DNA from: a virus
Taxonomy: Duplodnaviria; Caudoviricetes
Strand: one strand, 5' to 3'
DNA: 64,000 nucleotides
Virus record (IMG/VR): IMGVR_UViG_3300029288_000057
Span: 1-64,000 of that record
How positions within the stretch are numbered: the stretch's first letter is position 1; each line of letters starts with the position of its first letter. The notes below the pieces were generated by a model. The model had not been told where the DNA came from and did not search any database. It saw only the letters and a program-made list of their open reading frames with translations. Below are positions 10,414 through 23,141 of this stretch, piece after piece. The translations under genes were made by a program, and so were the position numbers.

Positions 10414-12386
10414 ATAGTAGCCCTTTCAAGCCTTTGAGTGTGGGGAAACTAAACGAAATAAAAGATAAAATTTATAAAGAACAATTTTTTGATTATAGTG
10501 AAACAGTAGATGCAAAAGAAGTTTTAGAATCACTACAAAACTTAAAAAACAACCCAAAACTATTAGACTATGTAATAAAATGCCTAAATCATCAAGGAAT
10601 TACGACTGTTCCTGATAAATTTTATTGTGTGGTTGTTAATGCAGAATCAAGGATGCCATACGATGAACAAATACATAATACTTTTGAAAAGTACAAACAA
10701 CTTTGTGTGGATGGAGATTTTGGATTAAAGAAACGAGACCATTTATTAAAAAAAGTATATAATGGAATTGGTGATATTGAAGACGAGATGATGAAAAATA
10801 AAGGGGAAGAAATCTTTGGATTTGGTTATACGAAATTTGAAGGCTATTCAATTTACGAACTTGGCGTGTAGGTTGTTTGAGAAATTTAGTAATGGGCTTG
10901 CCTGAAACAATTTATTAAGTGATTAGAAAACAAAGAAATAAAATCATAGTTATGAAAGATGTTAATGATGCTTATAAGCACACAATGAATGTGATTGAAT
11001 CCCTGAAAAAAAGGAGGATTGATGTGTTAATTCAAATTCCAAGAGTTATTAGAGAATCTAACAATCCAGAAGATTTAGATGTTGTAAAAGAATATAATTT
11101 ACCCGATAGGATTAATTGGCCTTGTTGGCGAAACATTCAATTTAAAATAAAAAACAAGGAGGAGGCTGAATTGGTTTCATTTGCACGAAGATATTTGGGA
11201 ATTAATGGTTGTTCTTTTGACACGGGAGCAGGATGTGGCAGTATGGATTGGGAAATAGATTGGTCTTTTAGATTTACAGGGACCGAAGAGTCCAAAGAAC
11301 GAGAAGATTTTGATGTTGTTATGGAAGATTTTTGTTTGAAGCGTGTTTAGTGCTTCTAACGAGTAGAAATATAAAAAAGGTTAAACACATGAAGCGAATT
11401 AAGGAATTAAGCAAGAAATACAACGAACATTTAAAGTCTCTTGGAATAGAGAACGAGAATGGTTGCCTATCCAATATGATGGATTGCCCACCTTCAAAAA
11501 AGAATTCCCTATTGCATGCGAGGTGGATGTGTTATGTGCTCTCAGATAGTCCGCAAGAAATGGAAAAAGAAAAGGCAATGAGATGGCTTGGTTTTATCCA
11601 AGGCGTTTTATATGCTCATGATATTTTTACAATAGACGAGATGAGAGATGATGTAAGACAAATGCTAAGTCAAGAATAATATCTATTATATTTATTGGAA
11701 AGCAATTAAACACATGAAAAAAAAAAAATTCAATAAAGACAGAAAACGACATTGCTTCTTTGAGTGCCATGAATAAAACAACCCTACACGTTCCAAAAGG
11801 CTTCCCAGAAGAGCCGGAATTTAATTATCCTCTAGATGAGATAATGCACATTATGGAAGAACTCCAATTTAGCATGATGGATTCATCATTTGATAATAAG
11901 CTTTCCAACATTCTAGTCAACTTTGAGAATAGGGTTCTTAACAAATTTAATATACCATCAGAAGAACGAAGCAATTTTGGACTAACCTGGCAACATAGTT
12001 CTGAAAATAAAATAGCAATTAAATGCAAAAATTTATTTACAGCATGCATAATGTTTGGGCACTATATGCCATATATTTTTGTTGAAGGTTTGAATAAATT
12101 TACTTTAAAGGATGGGTCAACGATTGAGTATCTTCATGAATCTGGTGGATATGTCCTAAACAATGTGGTAAGAGTTGGTGGGTGTAAATGTGAAAATAAT
12201 GATGCATGCACGAGAGAAGAAATGGGCAGTGGAGAATGGGAAGATTATTGTTGGAAATGTAAGGATGTTCGAAAATAAGTGTAAACAAACACCAAAGATT
12301 ATTGTTATATAATTAATATCTTAATTCGTTTTTTGGTTTTCTCAAATATTTTTTATATATTTACATCATTATAATTAAAATATGAT

Positions 12387-12824
12387 ATGATAAGAAAAAT
12401 TAAAGATACAGACATAGCACGTTGTCTTGGAATTTGCCAAGAGAATTTTGAAATGCTTGGATATAATTGGATTGATTATGTCAAAGAAAGATTTAAGGAA
12501 TCGCTAGATGAAAACAATATTGCCGAACTTGAGTTCTACGTTTTTGAAGAAGATGATACCGTTAAAGGCGTTGCTGGAATAACCAACTCCATGTTTTCTG
12601 GAAGTATATATGGTTTAATTGGGTGCTATATAGATATAAAATTCCAAAATCTTGGTATTGGCAAAGCCCTAACTGAATTTAGAATTAACAGGATAAAAGA
12701 GCTAGGAGCACAAATAGTATTCTCATCAACTCAAAAGGAATGGCATCTTAAAAGATTTGGATTTGAAACTATAAAATCTCCCTTTGAAAATTGGACTTTA
12801 ATGCAATTAAATATATATAAATAA
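12387..12824 (+). CDS. GNAT-family N-acetyltransferase
   Basis: Acetyl-CoA motif A YIDIKFQNLGIGKAL and C-terminal KRFGF. Confidence 0.85.
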   Translation: MIRKIKDTDIARCLGICQENFEMLGYNWIDYVKERFKESLDENNIAELEFYVFEEDDTVKGVAGITNSMFSGSIYGLIGCYIDIKFQNLGIGKALTEFRINRIKELGAQIVFSSTQKEWHLKRFGFETIKSPFENWTLMQLNIYK

Positions 12825-15800
12825 TGTTAGAAGATAAAGAAATAAAAGTGGGTAAAACTACTTATACTTTTGTGCTTCCATGGGAGTTAAAAGTTGACAA
12901 AACTGTTCTTAAATTTATGAAGCAATGGACAAGATTAGTTCATAAGCATAAAAACAAAGTTCATAAGCATAAAAACAATACAAAATCATGAATTATACCG
13001 AACAAATTTTTAGTTTAAAGAGGACATTAGGAGAGCTAAGTGAGAAAAGAACAAAATTTAGAAGAAAATTAAGACGGTTGAAAGTTGGAGATATGTTAAT
13101 AGGAATAAAATCTCACTTTTGGTATAATGAATATTATCCACAGATTATAAAACAAATTGATATTGATAATTGTAAAGTATTAGTTTATGACGAACTGGAT
13201 AAAACTGAAAAATGGATGAATAGTTTTTATGTTTATGACGGAAAATTAAAAACTATCAGGCCTTGTTGTTGAGCGATGTGTTTAAATTATTAACAAAATG
13301 AGTCACTACAACTTAAAAACAAAATTTAGTACTGAAGAAGATAAAAATAAATGTAACATATAAAATAAACCAATGCACTTCTTTTTATTAGTAACAACAT
13401 TTTACATTGTCCCAATGCTTGCAATATGGCTAGCAGGGTGGGTGGTCACAGATAGAAAAGAAGGCCATAGTGAGAAGAGTTCTTCTCTTGAATTTATATT
13501 TAAATGGTATGATGCATGGGTGGGCTGGTTTTGGGCTAGCAAAAAGAAATTTTTATATATTTTCCCATTGCCTTTTTTTGGAATTGTTATGAAGTTTTAC
13601 AAAAATAACGCTAATTAAATTATAAAGATGTTGCGCAGCTGGCGCCATCAACAACACTTAAGAGTGATTTATATTTAATCACAAACGAAGAGTTTGAAAA
13701 ACTAAGGAAACATATTGGAATTGGGGATTTATCAATGGAAAATATAAAGGGCAAAAAGCAATGTTCCATACACAGTTTTATAGTGTGTCTTTACTGGAAA
13801 ACTTTTGGCAAAAGAGCGATTAATAAAACAGTAAAAGATGCCCTAAATGAACCATTGCCCGATATGACAGGAATAAGAATTGGAGAACTTCGTGAAAATG
13901 GTGGATATTATAATAGTGAACGTGTTATCTAAAATGCGCTATAAATGAAAAAAGTAAAATGTAATAGATGTGGGAATAACAAACATGTTAGCAAAGGCCA
14001 AGTAACTGGAAAAGATACATGCGACAAATGTCGTAATGAAATACACCAAATATGGATTGAGTATAAATATGGTAAGTTTTCGAATGAGACTGAATTCTAT
14101 GACTACAGAAATATTAATTATCCTATAGAAGCAGAATATAAAAACCTAAATAAAAGTCAAGTAATGAAATAATTAACAGACATGTATCAAGAAGGCACTA
14201 TTGTTAAAGAAAAAAAATACGGATACAGAGGAATGATAACACAATCTTTCACGAGTTGGGATGATTTGAAAAACAAACAGAATTTCTTAACCATCGACCC
14301 TGATGATGAAAGTAACAAAATGGACAAATTTGAAAAAATGATAAATGGTGACCCAAAAGACGCTTGGCTCAAAGTTCAAGAAATACCATATACCAATGGG
14401 CAATTAAATGAGAATTGGTATTCCATTAGATGCTTTGACGGCGGTGCAGTGTGGACTTGCGAGAGCTTACTTGAAATGATTGATGTTGCGTTGAATTAAT
14501 TGTGCGCCCAACGGCTGCACAAAATTACAATTCTCTATAGAAGTGTGGACAGAAATAGCTTAAAAACATTATGAAAAGAAACGAAGAAACATTTGAAAAA
14601 TACACTAAAAACGAAAGAAATTGCTATATGAAAAAATCAACTATAGTTTCTCCTCTTTGCCATGTAGATATTAATGATGAATTTAACTCATTATATGAAA
14701 AATTAATTAAATTTTTGAATTTACGCTTTAGAGGTACTCTCAATTTAAAAGAATGTGATTATCTAATAACTGGAGGTGGTCAATATTGTAAAGAAACCCA
14801 CAAAAATGACGCTATTAATGAAATTATATCATTAAAAATAATTAATAATAAAATAAGCACTGGAAACAAACTCTCAGTTTTTAATATCTTTGGAGAAAAA
14901 TATGTAAAAAAATCATGTTATTTTGTTAATGTTAATGAATTGACAACATTATTAATGATAATAGTTCATTTAAATTCTATTGACTTAAAAGAGTACAATA
15001 AGAAGTATATAAAATAAAATAAAAATTATGGAAAGTTTTACTGAAAAAATAGACAGGGAAATTAAAGAAATAGAAGAAGAGTTTACGCTAATTCCCTTAA
15101 TAGTTAATGAAATTTTAAGAATACAAAACATATCTTCTTTCGACTTTGATTATGATTCAGAAAGAAAACATTTGATGTATGTCAATGTTAAAAACATTTT
15201 AGACGTTTTATTTACAACCGTTAGGAACTATTATAAAGAACCTAATCATAATGCTAGGAAAGAAATAATTGAATACATTAATAGCAGGATTAAATATTTT
15301 TCAGATGGTGATGAAATGAAAAGTTTGAATGAAAGTATTGCTGATGAACGAGTTGTTAAAGAATTAAATAAAATGAAGGAGAAAATTAATTTAATATATA
15401 GAAAACAAAAATGGACTCAGAAAAAGAAATAAACAGACTAGGCCAGCAGCATAAAGGATTTAAGTTCGAAAGAACCAAGTGCTCTGCATCATATAGAGAA
15501 AAAACATTTTATAAGCATTGGAAAAAATTAAACACAAATCAGGATGCTGGAATGTTACAAGGCTTATTCGGAATATATGGCAACCCACTCTCTATTTTCA
15601 GTCTTAAAGGTTGGATGCTAAGAGTAACAATGCGTGAAAGATATATTGTTGCCACCATAATCCAGTGGCTTGGAACAAATGTTGGTTGGTGCTTTTTAGA
15701 AGGAGTCCTAAGAGACTGTGGATACCAAATTACTCAAACAGAAGAAGGGAAGAAATTGCAAAAAGAAATGAATGATAAATTTTATAAAAGTGGAAAACAA

Positions 15801-17172
15801 CAAAAAGATACTACTCGGCAAAAAAGGAGAAGATAAGTATAAAAGCTGGATTTTACCACCCAACACTTGGACAACTATACAAGAAATGTGGATTGAAAAT
15901 GGTGTGATAAAAGTTTGGGAAAAGGATGATAAAAAGTTGTTTTATGGAGATATTACAAATAATTTGAAACCTTTTTATTTTTCCTTCGTATAAGACAATA
16001 AATAAATAAAAAATATTATGAGCACAAACACAGCCATAGAGAAAAAGTTCACAGAAATGGGAGCAAAAATTAGCGTTAATAAAGCTAGACCCAGCATGAA
16101 TTTATCTCGTCCAACTCCTTCTATTACTGTCAATATTGTTAAAGGTCAATTCATCATCAATAAAGAAGAGGGTGTTGAAGTTCAGGTTATAGATTTTGAC
16201 AAAAGTGACCGTCACCTTTTACTCTTAGCAACACTTCCTACAAAACGCTCAGGCATCTTTGATAAACAAAGATACCTTTGTGGCCATGATGAAAGAGATT
16301 GGTTCACCTGTGCAATCCCAGAAGTTGTAAAAACCATAAATGAAGCCAAAGAAGCTCTGAAACCCGCCGAACTCAAATCTATCGAAAGAGGTACCGTTAA
16401 ACAAAAAGACAAACAAAAACGTCACCGTAAAGCCAAAGGCATAGGAAAAATCCACCGTCAAGGAGAATTCATGTTCGTGCCAATGCCCGACTATATTCCA
16501 GGAAAGAATACACTTATTCTCAAAAAAGAACCGATGAGAGCTGGGGGAAAACCTCACGTTGCTGCAGAAGTTGTTCGTATGGGAGGACGCCCTGTTTATA
16601 CACTGGGAAATAGAGTGCTCGAAGTTGCCGACTACAAGAAACTTCAGAAATCAGACCCCAAGGACGCATCCAGATGGAGAAGCGAAAGAGCAGACCCAAC
16701 TGTATATGCAAAAGGAACCATCCGCCATCCTGACCATAAAACACTTGACTTAGGAAATATATGGCACAAAGTTCTGGTGAGCACAGAAAAAGATGCAAAA
16801 TTTATAAAGAATGTTCTTTTTATTGATTAAATAAAAGAATGATAGAGAAATTAGAAATTACAAAGGAGAATGCGATTGCCGCATATAAAAAGGGAAATAT
16901 TGACGTCAAAATATTTCTTGTTAATTTATTTGGAAAAGAAATCTTTGAGGAAAAAAACAAATTTGTTGCTTTCATAGATACTCCAGAAGGAGAGTTTAGA
17001 ACTCGTGTTCTAAGTGGAGAACTATCAGACAGTGTTGTTATTGGGAAAAGAACTGTCCCTATAAAATATCGTGGCAGGTGCCTTCTACTTTTAGATGGTT
17101 GTAAATATAATTGGAAAATCATAGACCATGAGGGTGATAAACTATTAATTTGTGAAGCAAAAAACGATACAA

Positions 17173-17538
17173 ATGAATAAAAAAGGCATCACAAATCTTG
17201 AGGAATTTGAGGCACTTATTAAAAAGTATAGGTCAATTACTCTTGAAGAAATAACGGCACCCCCCAACATAATACATGTTGCGCTTCATGGCGATTCTAC
17301 AGCAAGGAGATTAACAGGATTTGGAGACAAAGATACCTGTATATTATGTAAAAAAAGCAAATGTGAAGGATGTGTATACGGTGTGCTGCATACATTTTGC
17401 AATTCCACCAAAAGTAGAAGCAATATTACATTCAACGCCATAAGATTTTCCAAAACTCCTGAAAAGCTCCTGGAAGCATTTCGAAATAGAGCTGATTACA
17501 TGGAAAATCTACTTATTAAGAACGATTTAAAAAAATAA
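17173..17538 (+). CDS. Cys-rich paralog family A, copy 1
   Basis: NLEEFEALIKKYRSIT..LTGFG..CILC..CEGCVY..RADYME.LL. Confidence 0.8.
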   Translation: MNKKGITNLEEFEALIKKYRSITLEEITAPPNIIHVALHGDSTARRLTGFGDKDTCILCKKSKCEGCVYGVLHTFCNSTKSRSNITFNAIRFSKTPEKLLEAFRNRADYMENLLIKNDLKK

Positions 17539-18088
17539 AGATATGGCAACAAAAATGGGAAAAAGAGAATTGGCAAATTGTATCAGGTGTTGGTTACAGA
17601 AGTTCGGCAGCCGTGATAATGAAACTTTTTATGCAGAAGTAATCGTAGGTGAAATTACCTGGGAGTTGTCAATGCAATATAATTACGATGAAACAGGGTG
17701 CCAACTTGAGCCATACGACTGGTGCAGAGTAAGCGGGAGCAAAACAATGTCAAACACTAGCATAGAAGATAGAACAGAAGAGGAATTGTATGATATCTAT
17801 CTTAGACTGCTTGTAATGAAACATCAGTATTAATCATATTTGTGCAAGCTGTCCTTGCACAAATAAAAAACAACTATATGAAAATCGAAGGAGAATCAAA
17901 GGAAAGCAAAAAAGGCACAACATCTTATTCTATCGTTATTACAGTATTATGTTGTATTGTTATGGGCGCAATCGGCAGAATCACTTATTTGTTGGGAGAT
18001 AAAGAAAATGCATTTGACATGGCAATTCTTGCAGAAATAGTACTGCTTATCTTATTGGGTGCAACCATCAGATATAATCAAAATTAAA

Positions 18089-18424
18089 ATGAAAACAAAA
18101 CAACCAGCTCAGTTTTCTCAAGAAGAAAAAATTAAGTTCTTGAATTGTGTGATTAGGCACATTCACGATTATGAAAAACTCGATGCGCATTTTTATATAT
18201 GCCATTATTTTGTAAAAAGAAAAATAACAAATGAAAGAACCGACTCAAGGTTAATTAAACCAATATTCCCTGAGTTGTATAAAATCATTGTACAAGGACA
18301 AAAAGAACGATGCCAAAGACTTTGTCCTCAAAGACCTTATTATGAAATGTCGGGATGGCAGGATAACGTAGAGAGACTTGCAGCCATAAAAAAACTAAAA
18401 AAAGAAATAAAAACCCCCAAATGA
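18089..18424 (+). CDS. Paralog family B, copy 1
   Basis: EEKIKFLN..I..YICHY..DSRLIKPIFPELY..W..N.ERLAA. Confidence 0.75.
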   Translation: MKTKQPAQFSQEEKIKFLNCVIRHIHDYEKLDAHFYICHYFVKRKITNERTDSRLIKPIFPELYKIIVQGQKERCQRLCPQRPYYEMSGWQDNVERLAAIKKLKKEIKTPK

Positions 18425-18498
18425 AACTTTTTGGGGGTTTTTTCGTATAATATGATATGGAAAGAAGAAGGAAATATAAACTTCGTTAAGTTATAACA

Positions 18499-18858
18499 AT
18501 GAAAAAAGACATCAAAAACCTAAAAGAATTCAAAACCCTTATTAAAAAATATAGGTCAATTACCATTGAACAGATTGAATCTGCTTATAAGAAAACTACC
18601 TCGTTTTATTTTGATGGTGAAGTGGCTTGTATACTTACAGGGTTTGGCAGCAAGTCTACATGCACGCTGTGTCATCCATATAGAGCTGGATGTGCTGGGT
18701 GTGTATATTGTGAGTTATTGGGCATAAATTATGGATGTCTTACTGAAACATATGACGAAATCCGTGTTGCGAAAAGTTCCCAAGATTTATACAATGCCAT
18801 TCAAAACAGAGCCAACTATATGGAAGATTTACTTCTTGAAAATAAATTAATAAATTAA
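18499..18858 (+). CDS. Cys-rich paralog family A, copy 2
   Basis: Same motifs as copy 1. Confidence 0.8.
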   Translation: MKKDIKNLKEFKTLIKKYRSITIEQIESAYKKTTSFYFDGEVACILTGFGSKSTCTLCHPYRAGCAGCVYCELLGINYGCLTETYDEIRVAKSSQDLYNAIQNRANYMEDLLLENKLIN

Positions 18859-19713
18859 AAACAAAATGAAAAAGTCAGTCTACAGAATTAAAACAGTTGG
18901 CTCAGCAGGAACATTAGAGCTGGAAATATTACTTGATGTCAACAGAGAGTTAACCGATACCGATAATGATAACTTGCGAGGGCATGCTGAGGGAATCATG
19001 AGGTCTTTAGCAGAAGAAGCTATAAGGCTTGACCCCCAAAGCAAAATAAATGCCCAATTAGAAAAAGAAGGAATTCTTTCTCTATTCGGAGACAGAGCAA
19101 TTTTTGTTGAAGAAATACCAAATGGTTATTGCTCTTCCTATTGTTGCAAACACCTGCCATGGTTCGTCGTAACCACATCCAAAGGAAGAATTAAAATAGG
19201 ATGGCGTAAGCGTGTTATTAATATTGATTGGTCTGATTCTATCATTGAGGGAAAATCAGAAGAATTATTCCCAGACGAAGATGTTACCAAATTCGATAAA
19301 ACCATTCACGCCTGGAGTTTGGGAAAGGCCAAAGAATATATTGACTTACTTTTACAACCAACAATGAAACATTTGAATAATTTCTAAAAACAAAAGAACA
19401 TGAAACAAATGATAGGAAAAACACTCTCAAAATTTGATGATAAACAAAAAATTGAAGTATTAAAGGAGATTCTTAAGAGATTTAAAAAGAAAGCCCATAC
19501 ATCACGCTTTATGTGTCTGACATTTCAAGCTATTACAGGAATCAATTTAGATGAAACCTTCATTTATATTCCAGAACTCCTGAAATATAAACCAAAAGGA
19601 AATGATTTTGCATGGTTTAATTCCTCTGGATTAAGTAGAAGAATAATACATAAAAAGAAAATTAGAATTCTGAAAAAAACAATTAAAGATATAAAATCAA
19701 AAAACAGAATCTC

Positions 19714-20133
19714 ATGGATAAAAAGAATATTAAAAACCTAAAAGAATTCAAGGCGCTTATTAAGAAATACAGGTCGATTACACCAATGCACATCGATATA
19801 TCTTGTAATGAGGTTGTTATAATTAATGGAAATGTGTTTGATGGTACGAGAATTGCATTCTTTTTAACGGGATTTGGTAAAATTAGTTCATGCACACTCT
19901 GTATTGCTATTAATAAAAGAAGCGTCTTTAGTGACTGTGACGGATGTGTTTATGATGAATTAACAGTAACTTGTTGTTATCGTGGCAACAACAAAGAGAC
20001 CTACAATTCAATAAAGAGCGCAAAGAACTCCAAACAGCTTCTAAAAGCTTTTCGAGACAGGGCTGACTATATGGAGAATCTCCTCATCAAAAATGAATTA
20101 ATAAAACCAAAGGCGAAGCCTGTAAAGAAATAA
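19714..20133 (+). CDS. Cys-rich paralog family A, copy 3
   Basis: Same motifs as copy 1. Confidence 0.8.
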   Translation: MDKKNIKNLKEFKALIKKYRSITPMHIDISCNEVVIINGNVFDGTRIAFFLTGFGKISSCTLCIAINKRSVFSDCDGCVYDELTVTCCYRGNNKETYNSIKSAKNSKQLLKAFRDRADYMENLLIKNELIKPKAKPVKK

Positions 20134-20218
20134 ATTCCTATTATGACAGAAGAAGGAATAAGTCTTTTAGAAAGATTTATGGCTAACGAAAGAAGAAAAA
20201 TACTACAGCGACGGAGAG

Positions 20219-20353
20219 GAATGCTGCCGAGGAGACAATAAAGATACATATGAAAAAATATCTGAAAGCACAACTTTCATACAACTCTTGAAAGCTTTCC
20301 AGGATAGAGCGGATTATATGGAAAGATTACTTGAAAATAATAAAATTAAATAG
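20219..20353 (+). pseudogene. C-terminal remnant of a fifth family A copy
   Basis: ECCRGDNKDTYEKISE...QLLKAFQDRADYMERLLENNKIK*; in-frame stop upstream and no start codon. Confidence 0.7.
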
Positions 20354-20544
20354 AATGAAAGAACTTAAGATTTACGAGTTTCAAGCAAAACAAATCGAAG
20401 ACACATTTAGGTTGGTCGCAAGGGCTCTACAAAGCAAAAATAAAACAACCTCTCTTGACAGAGATATAATGCAAAGTTGGGAGATGATTAAAAATGTTTT
20501 GACAGAGAAAATAGATACTCATGTGCCACGGGTTTAGTGCTGAT

Positions 20545-20677
20545 GTATAATCGTCCGCAGGTATATTCCAGTTACAGAATACAAAACACGAAAGATATCA
20601 AAATAGTAATAACTTAATACGAGAACAAATGAACAAATTACACGAAAACCCGCAATTGAATATGCCTGTTGTTAGCG
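20545..20677 (+). repeat. attC-like hairpin site 3
   Basis: GTATAAT (degenerate)...GTTAGCG ends; arms CAGGTATATTCCAGTT / AATTGAATATGCCTG. Confidence 0.6.
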
Positions 20678-20823
20678 TGAGTGATATTCATTCTTTTTGG
20701 GATTGGATGAACAACCAACCTAAAAACTACATGGGCGGTGAGTTTCTTTATGATATAAAAGGATATTATAAACGACTAAAAGAAGGTAAAATGTTTGATT
20801 ACTGGTTAGAACGTGTTTATTCA

Positions 20824-20953
20824 CGATAACGGCTGCAAACATGCGTTGTAGCGGACTTTGAAACGCTACAGTATCAGCCGAGATAAATTTGATTAGAAGT
20901 ATAAACTTAATATTAACCACTACCACCGCTATAACGTATGTTTGTTGTTATAG
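20824..20953 (+). repeat. attC-like hairpin site 4
   Basis: CGATAAC...GTTATAG ends; arms CAAACATGCGTTGTAGCGG / CCGCTATAACGTATGTTTG. Confidence 0.72.
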
Positions 20954-20989
20954 CACGTTTTTGAGCGATGGGAGTACAAAATTAAAGTA

Positions 20990-21166
20990 ATGGCAGAATT
21001 TAGATTTGAAGGTTATACATACGATTTATGGATAAAACCTTGGAAAAAGGGGAATAGAAAATATGAGGCTTTGAGGTGGAAAACAGGTCTTAAATGTACA
21101 TGGGGAAGAATACCTTATGAACTATTTTTAAAGATGAAAAAAAATGGACTTCATCTCGTGCGTTGA
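20990..21166 (+). CDS. 58-aa basic, Trp-rich hypothetical protein (cassette ORF, below ORF-track cutoff)
   Basis: MAEFRFEGYTYDLWIKPWKKGNRKYEALRWKTGLKCTWGRIPYELFLKMKKNGLHLVR*, lying between site 4 and the half-site ending at 21181. Confidence 0.6.
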   Translation: MAEFRFEGYTYDLWIKPWKKGNRKYEALRWKTGLKCTWGRIPYELFLKMKKNGLHLVR

Positions 21167-21213
21167 CAAATGTACTATAACAAGCATTTTAAAATCATTA
21201 AACAAAAAACCAA

Positions 21214-21636
21214 ATGAAAGAAGACATCAAAAACCTAAAGGAATTCAAAGCTCTCATTAAGAAGTACAGGTCAATAACTCCTGAGAGGATTGAGAATGCT
21301 TATAAGAAAATTCCTATAACTTGTGGAAACGTGTTCGATGGGGGTAAAGTTGCGCAGGTCTTAACGGGATTTGGCAGGGTTAGTTCATGCACGCTCTGTA
21401 TTTCTATTAACAAAAGAAGTATTTTTTCTCCCTGCCAAGGATGTGTTTATAATGAATTAACGCTGAATGATTGTTATCGTGGTGAAGGAAAAGAGAGCTA
21501 CTATAAAATAAGACACACAAATAGTCCCAAACAGCTTATAGAGGCTTTTGAGAAAAGAGCCGACTACATGGAAGACCTGCTTATTAAAAATGAATTAATT
21601 GAACCAAAGGCGAAGCCTGCTAAAAAACAAAAATAA
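21214..21636 (+). CDS. Cys-rich paralog family A, copy 4
   Basis: Closest to copy 3 (GNVFDG...LTGFG.xSSCTLCI.INKRS). Confidence 0.8.
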   Translation: MKEDIKNLKEFKALIKKYRSITPERIENAYKKIPITCGNVFDGGKVAQVLTGFGRVSSCTLCISINKRSIFSPCQGCVYNELTLNDCYRGEGKESYYKIRHTNSPKQLIEAFEKRADYMEDLLIKNELIEPKAKPAKKQK

Positions 21637-22775
21637 AATGGAAAAAAGGAAATGGATATACAATTGGCGAGTCATCGACTTGCTTAAATTGGTAAAAGAA
21701 ATTGGGGGTAAAAACTACCAAAAGCACCCAATTTATAAAGAGTGGGAATATCAAGTTGAGAATAGAGCAAAATCTAATGATAGCGCCAACTTAGAATGGG
21801 TGGCAGAAAATGAAGAAACTCCATTAATAAATGAATTCCTTTTGTCTAATGGGTTCTCTAAAGGAGAAATGGTGCTGTTTTATGTTAGTTGGTAAAAAAC
21901 ATTTAATAAAATAACTGACCTGGAAGAACTTTTATAAACTCAATTCAAAAAACATGAAATACAAATCATTAAATAGTCTTTCCATTGCTGATTTAATAAG
22001 CATAAAGCAAGAGTTAATACGTGATTATGACTTTTTAGAACAAAGCAAAGAAAAAATACACCGTTCAGAAAAAGAACAAGAACGATTAAACCGTTATTCA
22101 AAAGATATTCGAATAATAAAAGAACATCTCGCACACAGATTAAGACCATATAATATCTTTCAAGTCTTACAATCCTAATCAAATTTTATAACCCCACGAA
22201 AATAACACAAATCCTATGAAAAACAACACAAAAGAATCTAAAGCTCTCTCATTGTCAGATATTGCTAAAGAAATGTATCGAGCAATAAATTTTACACTTA
22301 ATTATGTCAATAGGGAAAATAGAAAGGAAAATGATTATGAAGTTTCTTTCCTTTATCCAGCCAATAACCTATCATATCAAAAGCTATTAAAAGCGGCTAA
22401 AGCATATGAGAAACTTAAACGAAATAAAGAGAAGTTAGCTCCTCCAACAAACCCTCTTGATGAAGGCTTTAGAGTTCGACCCAAGGAAAGAGTTTAATAA
22501 AATTAAAACCTACAAAATAACACAAATCCTCCAAAAATATGACAAACAAAACCGAAACCTTTAAAAGGGGTGACAAAGTGGTAATGCATACCTGCTTCGA
22601 AGCAACCCTTCCAAAATATAAAGATAAACTCTGGATTTGCGAAACAGATAGCTTTATGAACCAATCAAATCAAGACGTGGTGTTCTTGGAAAACTTCAGC
22701 GGATACTTCGCAACAGAATTCCTCCAACGTGTGAAACTTTAGGGGAATTTTTTCGTATAACATAAATAAAACTCT

Positions 22776-23141
22776 ATGAGAATAAAAGCCGAGTTAACAC
22801 TGGAAGAAAAAATTAAACTTCTAAACAAAATAATTAAAGAAATAAAGTCCCATGATAAAAATGCGAACTCGTATTATATATGCATTTATTTGGAAGATAA
22901 AGAAATAATAGAAAAATGCGACTCAAAACTAATTAAACCCATATTTCCCGAATTATACGAAGTAATCGTAAAAAAACAAAACCAAAGAAAAAAAGCTCTG
23001 GAGAAACTTCTGAGTTGTTTCACCACTCAACATAAATATCCCATCAATCAATATAAAATCGGAGCATGGACATGTAACAAAGAAAGATTGGCCGCAATGG
23101 AAGAACTAAAGAAAAAGATTCAAAATAAACAAATAACATAA
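22776..23141 (+). CDS. Paralog family B, copy 2
   Basis: LTLEEKIKLLNKII..YYICIYLEDK..DSKLIKPIFPELYEVI..IGAWT.NKERL. Confidence 0.8.
   Translation: MRIKAELTLEEKIKLLNKIIKEIKSHDKNANSYYICIYLEDKEIIEKCDSKLIKPIFPELYEVIVKKQNQRKKALEKLLSCFTTQHKYPINQYKIGAWTCNKERLAAMEELKKKIQNKQIT

Noticed and set aside
12938-12980. Short tandem duplications (GTTCATAAGCATAAAAACAA x2; also 57993-58035 and AAAATAACACAAATCCT at ~22199 and ~22514)
   Set aside because: Two-copy slippage or duplication products with no further structure.
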